Source: Eledone cirrhosa (taxonomy: Eukaryota). From it: a stretch of 64,000 nt of DNA. The DNA lies in NCBI GenBank assembly GCA_964016885.1, contig OZ024740.1:314898001-314962000 (forward strand). The letters are read 5' to 3'. Positions 54,898 to 64,000 of the stretch are shown here, one piece after another. Each line of letters begins with the position of its first letter. Positions within the stretch are counted from its first letter, which is position 1. Made by a program: the position numbers and the translations under genes. A model generated the notes under the pieces. It saw nothing but the letters and a program-made list of their open reading frames with translations, was not told where the DNA came from and made no database searches.

Positions 54898-55784
54898 TAA
54901 TGTCTATTTTATATATATATATATATGTGTGTGTGTGTATGTGTGTGTGTATCTTTATTATATCATATATACATATACATGCAGCATATATATATATATG
55001 AGCGTATGTCTGTGTATGTCTGTGTATGTCTGTGTATGTCTGTGTATGTCTGTGTATGTCTGTGTATGTCTGTACATATGTGTGAAAATTATAATCACAA
55101 ACACGTTATTTTATATGAATACCATAATAAAGAGTATATAAACTCTCAGACAGAATACGCTGCACACAATACAGGAGGGACTTAAGTCACATGCCGACGG
55201 CAACGAAACAGCGCCATTACTTATTACTCACACAAACTACCGTACTTAGCCAGAAATTATTGGATACAGAGGCTAAGAAAAATATATATTCTCTCTGACA
55301 GATATAAACAGTACTTTGTATGGAAGTAATTAGAAGAAATGTCAGTTTTTTAATTTTGTTTTTATCAATGGCGTATGTCTGGCTATCTTGTGTTGACACA
55401 GGTGTAACTAATCTTCACCAATTTCTCCACCTCTTTATGGCGATAACATTGCTTGCTAATTTATGATCTTACATTATGGCGGATTGTCACTCGAATTGTT
55501 TTTATATCCTGATAACTGACCGTCTGTATTATTAAAATGACGACGTCATACTTTAGGTCATATGTCTCTAATTGAGGGGCCATATTTCTTTATTTCTTTC
55601 TTTATTTGTTTATTTATATATTTTCTGTTATTTTATTAACTGATTGTAAATTCTGATAAATTTTAGAATGCGGTTTCTCTTTTGAGAGTTCTTTAGTTCC
55701 TCTTCTGAATTATATTTGTTTGTTTTCCATCCAGCCATCCGTCTCTCCTTCCACCCGTTCATTCGTCCATCCGCGCGTGCATTC

Positions 55785-55834
<50 letters not shown>

Positions 55835-55850
55835 ATGTATGTATGTATGT

Positions 55851-56030
55851 ATTGCAAAATGTAATGAATGTGGCAAAGAATGTCGATCTGTAGCAGGACT
55901 GAAGCGGCATGTGAAGGTTCACAAGCAACCTGATGCAAGACCTAGGGAGATCCATAGTTGTCGTCAATGTGCCACGGAGTGCAAGTCTCTAGCAGGCTTG
56001 AAAAGCCATATCCGAGCGTCGCACATATGA
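55851..56030 (+). other. Isolated pair of C2H2 zinc fingers, probably a retroelement ORF terminus
   Basis: CNECGKECRSVAGLKRHVKVH and CRQCATECKSLAGLKSHIRASH*; no TGEKP linker; the C..C...C.S..GL..H pattern is typical of RTE-type LINE ORF ends. Confidence 0.55.
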
Positions 56031-56078
56031 ATTTGACAAGTAATTGCAATACTCTTAGCGTGAGTTTTCAGCTACCAA

Positions 56079-56109
<31 letters not shown>

Positions 56110-56121
56110 TGTATGTATGTA

Positions 56122-56205
<84 letters not shown>

Positions 56206-56340
56206 TGTGTATGTACGTATGTATGCATAGGGGTCTTTAATTAAGAGGTGGGACAGAGGGATTGATTTGCCAGAAATTTTACAGATAAATACGTCAATAC
56301 CAATTTCTAATACAAAGTCTGCCAGGAGTTGCGACCGGTA

Positions 56341-57873
56341 GATAGTATCAGCAATGAAAAGACCAATGGAAACATTGTTTTTCTTTTATCCGATCTGACG
56401 AGTTCCACTCCACTCGGTAAATAAATGAAGTCTGGGAACTTGTCGATCGATCTACATTACAGTACTATACAAATTCTTTTCATCCATCGACGATACACAG
56501 TTGGTACAAATCATACAACAAAGAAATTCAAGGAAATATTATTTTCTACCTTTCTTAGCTGCAGAAAATCTATAATATTAATATGTTTGTGTACATACGT
56601 ATGTTACAGGGTTGGAGAAAAAGCAGAAAAAAGTGAACGCGGTTATGCAGTAGGAGAAAGAGGAAAATCAAATAAGAGAGAGAAGAATGTTTGTCAGAGG
56701 TAAAGTGGTGACAGTGAACGTCAGAAGAAAGAGAACGCCATTTATAAACATAGTTGGAAGAAGAGACAAAAAGAAAAGAAGAATATTTTGCGGAAGGAAT
56801 GAGGTAGTAGTGAGGACCAAAACGCTATTTATTAACAGTACGAGTATGTTACACGGTTTGAGGGAGAGGGGGAAAGATAGAAAAGGAACGCTATTTACAG
56901 ATATATAATCACCTGTCAGTATATGCAAACACATGCATACACATTTGGTATATACTGAGAACTGTAGTCGCTGTGATAGTGGTAAAGCATGCGCTTTAGT
57001 GAGATTAACTATCGTCTGTTCAACTGAAACTTTGATATATATTTTTACTTTATGAAATCTAAACAGTGGTAAACGACATAAGCTAACAAAAGAAAAAGTA
57101 TGAGAAGGTGCAGGGAACGACTTAGACATGAACAGAAGATCAAAGTACGGGAGTAGAGAAGACACAGAAAACTCCGATCTTTATGTAATAAATGGAATTG
57201 CTAGAGAATAGAACTATCAAAACTCCGAAGAGAATTTAAGGACATAAAAGATTAATAGTTAATTCCTATTGATTAAGCATCTATGACACCTACTTTTGCT
57301 ATTCATGTCATCGGTAAACGCCCTCAAAATATTACTGGTATCACTAGCAGTTTTAGAGGAAAGATCGCCATATTGAGAAAAATGTTATATATATTCTTCT
57401 ACGAAGAACACAGTCTGTTATTATTGACATATACCTCAATCAATCTATGGAAGATGGCAGTATTTTAGACAATATTGCTTAACGTAAAATACGAGAGACA
57501 CAGAAGAACATAAGGACCTTAAAATTGGTTCTGTTTAGAAATAGAACCACTCCAACTATGCCGGGATTTATATCCGATGATAGTCAAGTACCCTTCTCTT
57601 CATGTATTGAAAATTCTTTAGTAACTTCTATTTTTAGCGAAGCATCTAAAGATAATTTCCTCCAAGAACTCTGACTTGCTTTCTTTAAATGAGGAGATAT
57701 TAAAACTACTACCAGGAAAAGTTCGAACATATTTTAGTAAAGATTCAATAGTGATCGACCTGTCGATCGATCGATAAAGTCCGATCTTATTCGCTTATTA
57801 AGTCGGGGTGGAGCTCGTCAAATCTGACCAAGGAAACAATGTTTTCATTGGTCTTTCCAATGCAGATACTATC
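56341..57873. repeat. Inverted pair of an about 115-bp repeat (56341-56455 and 57757-57873)
   Basis: GATAGTATCAGCAATGAAAAGACCAATGGAAACATTGTTT versus the reverse complement GATAGTATCTGCATTGGAAAGACCAATGAAAACATTGTTT. Confidence 0.75.
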
Positions 57874-58470
57874 CAACTGGCAGAAGGAGCAACATGCAAT
57901 AATGTATCTTGCTCAAAGACATAATACATCGTCCAGTTCAGGAATTGAACCCGCTAACTCACGATTTGCGAATCCAATTCTCTAACCACTAAGCTACGCA
58001 CATTTACTCTAACAGTGATAATCAAGTACATAATGAATGTTACACAATATAATTACTCAATTCATTTACCCCATCTAGAATGATAGAGCATAGTTTGAAT
58101 TTAAACATAGGATCTGTTGTAATGTTATAACGTAATATATCAATTCAACAAGAGCTTTGTAATGGAACAAGACTAGAAATTGTTAAGTTGCATCATAATT
58201 GCATTGAAGGTTTGTTAATAAGCTTTGGTAGATAGGTGAGCGCTAATGTATAGAGTTAAACTGACATCCAGGGATTCAAATTTACGTTTTACTTTACAAA
58301 GAATTAAGAGTTTCCTGTTTGATTAGCTTATTTAATGACAATCAATATAGTACAGGGTCAAATGTTGAATAAGATAGGGTTCAACTTACCACAACCAATA
58401 TTTAGTCATGGGATTCTCTAGAGCTAGAAATATTAGATAAATAGATAGATGGATGGATAGATAGATAAAT

Positions 58471-58544
<74 letters not shown>

Positions 58545-58664
58545 TATATAGTGTAGGTAGTACGGTGAAATACTGGCGTTGGTACCAAATCAAGCACTCT
58601 ATGTACAGGCAGAGTGTACGCAATCATTTTTTTTCATGTGTAAACGAAACTTTCTCGTTGTTTC

Positions 58665-58715
<51 letters not shown>

Positions 58716-59478
58716 TAGATAGATGATTTAACAGATCAAATGATAATGGTCTCTGATTTAGGCACAAGATCTACAAATTAGTCGATAGAATCGATCCCAG
58801 TGTGTTACTTGTGCTTTATTTTATCAACCTTGTAAGGAGGAAATGCAAACCTAACTTTGGCAGGATTTGAACTTAGAACGTAAAGGAACGTAACTATATG
58901 TATGCCACAGAACACATTGTCCGATGCTCTACCAATACTGCCAATCCACCACTCTAGAGCTAGGAATAATGGTTTCTGATTTAGGCACAAGGCCAACAAT
59001 TTTGGAGGGAGGGAAAGTTGATTAAATCAACCCAAGTTCGTTACTGGTACTTTATTTTATCGAGCCCGTAAGAATGAAAGGAAAAGCTAACCTCGGCGAG
59101 ATTTAAACTCAGAAGGTAAAGGGCCGTAACTATATGCCACAAAGCACATTGTCCGGTACTGATACTGCCAATCTCACGTTCTTCTAGAGCTAGGAATAAT
59201 ATTTGATGTTTCTGTTAGAGTAGTTAATACCAACAAGCAATGAAAATAGAGGCGAATCTATCACTAGAACATTATATATAAGGAATGCACTGGATAATTG
59301 CTGGCCTTGTGCCTAAAGTAGAACATTATATATAAGGAAATATTAAATTAATCAAGTTGCGGATAGAATTTTCACAAAAAAAATTGTAATAAAAGAAATG
59401 ATCAAATTAAAAACTTGTTTTTGTACCTTTTTTTATATATGAAATACGACAATTAGCCGTCATTTTTTATGGAACTAG
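56456..59478 (+). mobile_element. Helitron 3' half: decayed PIF1-like helicase and CTAG terminus
   Basis: ID*ASM (57271), FRGKI, LNEEILKLLPGKVRTYFSKDSI, LCNGTRL (58155), MTINIVQGQ, IFSHG (58401), SRARN, NIIYKEILN*, then CTAG-T at 59475-59479; several SINE and microsatellite insertions. Confidence 0.8.
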
Positions 59479-60838
59479 TGATAATGATAATTACAATGAT
59501 TTCTACAATAGGCACAAGGAAAGCAATTTGGGGGAGGAGAAAGTCGATTAAATCGACCCAGTGCATTACTAGTACTTTTTTTTATCGACCTCGTAAGGAT
59601 GAAAGGCAAAGCTAAACTCGGTAAGATTTTAACTCATAACGTAAAAGGCCGTAACTCTATGCTGCAAAGCAGGGTGTCCGGTGCTATACCGATACTGCCA
59701 ATCCATCTAACATTCCAGTGGTTTCTTACTTAGTATTTTGATATTAATGCAATGATGTAATAATTATATTGATATAACAGTGTAATGCTTGTAATGTTAT
59801 TAATTATTCGGTGTTGAAGTAAAATAAAATATTTCCACCTTCCGTCTAATCAACCAATATGATAAACGACTTAGTATATTTTTACAATTACACATAATGT
59901 TGTTGAAGTAATTCATAATCTATAGATTGATGATGGACGAGAAGAAATTGTTTTATTTTGTACCAACAGCTATTAATTGTCTCGATCACGTTGAGCTTCT
60001 GTTGTTTGAAGAGCTTGTTCTCTAGAAGATGAATGACATGTCTATAAACTGTGTGAGAAATGTTATGCTTGGGCTTTGCTGGAGAGCTAAGTACGAGATT
60101 GTTAATAAAGGTATTTTTCTTTTTGTTGGGGTCTACACAAGGAAGATATAGCAGAGGTCGACAAGTGAAGACGTATATAATACAGATTTATGTCGACATA
60201 AACTGCAATCCCTCTGACCTGCTGAATATGATGAACTATAGAATTGGATGGCAACAGAGAGTCACGAGGATCTATGTAAGCAGTGCAACCTATCGATTGA
60301 TTGGCTGAGAATGAACGTAGTGTTGCCGAATGGTTAAGAAGTTTGTCTCGCAATCATAAGGTCCTAGGTTCGACACCATTGCATGACATTCTAGGTAAAT
60401 ATCATTTACTATAACTCCGGGTTCACCCAAGCCATTTGAGTGAAATTGGGTAGATGGAAATTACGTTAAGGGTACACATGCCTGTAGACTGCTCAACCCA
60501 TTAAACGTTAATTTCATAAACAGGCTGTTCCGTTGATCAAACAACAGGAACGCTCATCGTCGATACCGACAGAATAAGATAACCTCCATATGGCTTGAGG
60601 AGGTGAGACAATAGGTAGGATAGGTAGGATTTAATGTCGTAACGTCCAAGTAGCTGATTTTGCTGTTCATTGTTTATTTCAATGGAAGGACACTCATGAC
60701 ATTTCCAGATATATTAATACATACATACAGCATTAAATACTTTTCACAGATAAACAGACTTCCACATTTATATGTGCATGACATTTCTTCAACAGGAAAA
60801 CATTGTAAGACATAAAAGAAAAAGAGAGGTTATATGTC

Positions 60839-61307
60839 TTAATCCGTATGGTGAGCAAATGGGGTCCCACGTGCTGGCCTCCCCACAGCTCCGGCGGACA
60901 GAATGGAAAAGGCATTTCCCCGGAGGATGGTAAGGGAGATGCGCTGGAAGAGCCATTCCAACTTGCGAGGTTAACACCTGCGGCTGGCCAGCTCAGCGCT
61001 TATGGTGGTGAATAGGGAGGTAGCCATAGGGCCAAGGACACCAGAAATCTCCACTGCCAAGGGCACGACCGCAAACCTGTCGGAGAGCGACCGGTACTTG
61101 GAGAGGTTGGTTTTCTCAGCCTGACGTGCAGCAGTACCTGGGTTAGTCGCAGACTGCACCAGGTTGCGGCTGGAGAAAGTGTCGCTGCAAGTGGCATCCC
61201 AGACGCTGGGTTTTCCACCGCGGAACGGGAAGATGGTCATACCGTCTGGCCTTTTGCCATCCCTTCGGTCCAGCCCCTTCGGCTCGAGCTGGGAGGGGAA
61301 GCCTGCA
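60839..61307 (-). mobile_element. CRE-clade retrotransposon 3' fragment inserted in the Helitron
   Basis: GFPSQLEP..KRPDGMTIFPFRGGKPSVWDATCSDTF; highly similar to 28880-29330 with the same 3' end CACCATACGGATTAA. Confidence 0.85.
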
Positions 61308-62086
61308 ACATTGTCACTGTTTATGAAATGGTGTCTAAATTGTACTCTAATTCCATTATTACGCCGTCGCTATTTTGAGTAAACGTTTACATTAACCAAT
61401 GTCTTTCTTGGAAGCTTTTTGGAAGGGTTTTTCGTGCACATGTTCCATTTTCCAAAGAAAGAGAAACGGGATTATTAAAACCACATGGACCATGTATCAT
61501 ATTTTTTTAACGTGATTCTGCAATGGAATGTCTTCATTTGGTAATTTCTGCAGATACTAATCAATCAATGTCATCTGAAATTCTATTTTTGTCTTCTCGA
61601 AGAATAATCAACGTATCAGTGAGTAAAGCTTCTTTTCTGTAATTCAATAACATACACATGAGCTACTGGCTCGCCAAGTATGTATATCACCTTAATTTTA
61701 AAACAACATTAAAAAAACTGTCCATTAATTGCCCTTGCAATTAAATCTGGGCGACTTTCCATCGTTTCATTCTGCCGCAAACCATTCATGATTTTTAGGG
61801 GTTTTCGGATTACGTGTAAGCCAAAAAATGTCTGGTTTATAATATTTCGCTATTATTTCCATAGCATCTTCAAAATACGGTGGATGTTCCGTGGACTTTC
61901 TTGAAATAAAGAAGGCAGTATAGTCTGTCACCCTCTCCCATTCCCCCTTTCTTTCATTGTTTATTAACCCTTGCCCTTTTCCCTCCCTTTCCTCTCATAT
62001 TCTTTAACAATGCTACTTTATTTTTCTTTGATTGATTTCTATTGATTTGTTTCTTTTGATTAGTTCATATTCATTATATATATATC

Positions 62087-62300
62087 TGTGGATTAGCAAT
62101 ATTGGTAGAGCGCCGGGCAACATGCTTCGTGACATAGAGTTATGGCTCTTTACGTTCGGAGTTCAAATACCGTCGAGGTTAACTTTGCCTTTCATCCTTA
62201 CGGGGTCGATAAAATAAAGTACCAGTAATGCACTGGGTCGATTTATTCGACGTTCCCCTCCCCTTCAAATTGCTGGCCTTGTGTCTAAAGTAGAAACAAC
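62087..62300 (+). mobile_element. SINE family A copy (further copies near 8420-9320, 27200, 46620, 47020, 50703, 52950, 58745, 58970, 59497)
   Basis: A/B boxes, GCCTTTCATCCTTACGGGGTCGATAAAATAAAGTACCAG and tail GGCCTTGTGTCTAAAGTAGAAAC. Confidence 0.85.
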
Positions 62301-62316
62301 TATATATGTATAAATG

Positions 62317-62399
<83 letters not shown>

Positions 62400-63646
62400 C
62401 AAAAATTGTGTTTATATGTACAAAATGGAATAAATAAAAGGCTCATTCTAGTAAAAAATAAAGAAATATATTTCTGTATTGAAAAAAAATTAGAACTATT
62501 GGTTCAAAATTTCTTCTTTTCATTTAGATGGTCCAATTAGTTCATTACACTATTCGACTCAGAGCTGAAACTAATTATTTCTAATGAACTGCAAAATAAC
62601 ATCCTTCAACCTTTCCGCAGACATTTACTAAATATTTGTTGAAAATGTTTCTTGTTCAATAGATAATATTCAATCCATTCCTAACTTGAAAATTCTAAAA
62701 TTGTAACAGTTGCCCAAGTACGAATACGTGTCATGTGAGGTTGATAATGTTAGATTTCATCATGTCATCCAAAAGCCCCGCGAGGAAACCGAAGTTTATA
62801 ACACATTGGATGTAGATGACATGATAATTAGGAAACTCCTTTGGGGTTGGGGGTGGGGGCACATTTCTTGGATAAATTACAACATCCCTAATCTTTGGAA
62901 GAGCTCCAGTTTTCAGTAATAAATACAATAATTATACTGCCTGATATTGGAACTTCGTATGTTTTAATTAACTTAACATATAATTATAACGAGGAATATC
63001 GTTTCAAATGATATCGATTACGTTAAGTAAATATTGAACATTTTAATGAACTTCCATCCAGTCTTACAGTGTTTCATTAGTTATATATAACTGATCATAC
63101 TGTGGACTTCCATTTTCAGGCCAAAGAAGTTGTATGTTAAGTTTCTCCATAAACTTGGAAACAATAAAACAATGTTGCTCTCATCCTTCAGATGAAGCAA
63201 AGAAGAGAGAACAATTATAACTGCTAATATCTTCAGTGGTATTTCCATTAAAATAACTCTCAATTCTTCTGGATACGGTCGTAGTTGAGAAGTTATAACG
63301 TATCCATTCTGACAGCAATTCACAGCTTCATTTATAGATCCACAGGCTTCACAATAGCTACAAAGAATATTCATATCATCAATGTTGTAAGATTCAACAA
63401 TCTTATTCCAGTATTCATGTCCTTCTCTATCATCCATAGCTTCTCTTCTATACTGGTGCTGTCCCCGTGCTCGTTCTGGCGATTCGATACTCTGCTCCTG
63501 TCTAAGCCTTTCCTTGTACCTTCTTATTCCTTCTCCTGTTAGCTCACTGAAACTTTTATGTCTTTACTTATAAAGTAAAGACAAAAGTTTCAGTTCAGCA
63601 GATGATGTTAATTGCACTACAGCGCATGTGTTAAATAATTGACGAT

Positions 63647-63682
<36 letters not shown>

Positions 63683-63899
63683 CATTTTAGTTCAATAAAA
63701 AATACACCCCAAAACTACATTCTTCACGTTCCTCCTGCTTACAACACCCCCAACCACGACTGCCACCTCAATTAAGTTCCCAGTCGTAGTCATTTACTTA
63801 TATTAACGAACGACTTTACGAAAGACCTAAATATCACGTAATCACACCCCTTAATTCCATAAATTTAAGAATGTGTACGTCTCAAATTGTTCAAGCTGT

Positions 63900-64000
<101 letters not shown>

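Larger units (their letters stand above)
59700..63440 (-). mobile_element. Helitron 5' half: N-terminal zinc finger and Rep (HUH) domain, decayed
   Basis: MNILCSYCEA...NCCQNG, RDVVIYPRN, SPRN..EDAM..KPDIF..NP, RPDLIAR, VYVIELQKR, DDID..SAEI, MIHGPCG (61480-61500), YSK*RRR and SHTVYRHVIHL, in canonical order. Confidence 0.8.

Noticed and set aside
56390-56455. CTGACGAG-TTCC...GGAAC hammerhead-like motif
   Set aside because: GAAA is absent after the stem and the second copy lacks the core.

Overview
AT-rich, microsatellite-rich animal genomic DNA. The SINE, LINE and MITE families and the simple-repeat density suggest an octopus or other cephalopod genome (inference). The only host gene I can support is the 3' end of an HGH1 (FAM203-like) homologue on the + strand: a penultimate coding exon at 5258-5448 and a last coding exon at 12784-13032. 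An intact antisense fibrinogen-domain (FReD) terminal exon sits in the preceding intron inside a 153-bp duplication. The rest is repetitive: two ~7-kb satellite arrays, over 30 copies of two tRNA-derived SINE families, LINE fragments (Tx1/L1, CR1, RTE, CRE, R4/Dong), DNA-transposon relics and MITEs, and a decayed Helitron whose helicase half is inverted relative to its Rep half. The most unusual signal is a set of fold-back elements inserted in (TA)n tracts that carry minimal type I hammerhead-ribozyme motifs, resembling Penelope-like pseudo-LTRs. In one family the palindrome centre coincides with ribozyme stem II. All family assignments come from recalled motifs, not database searches.
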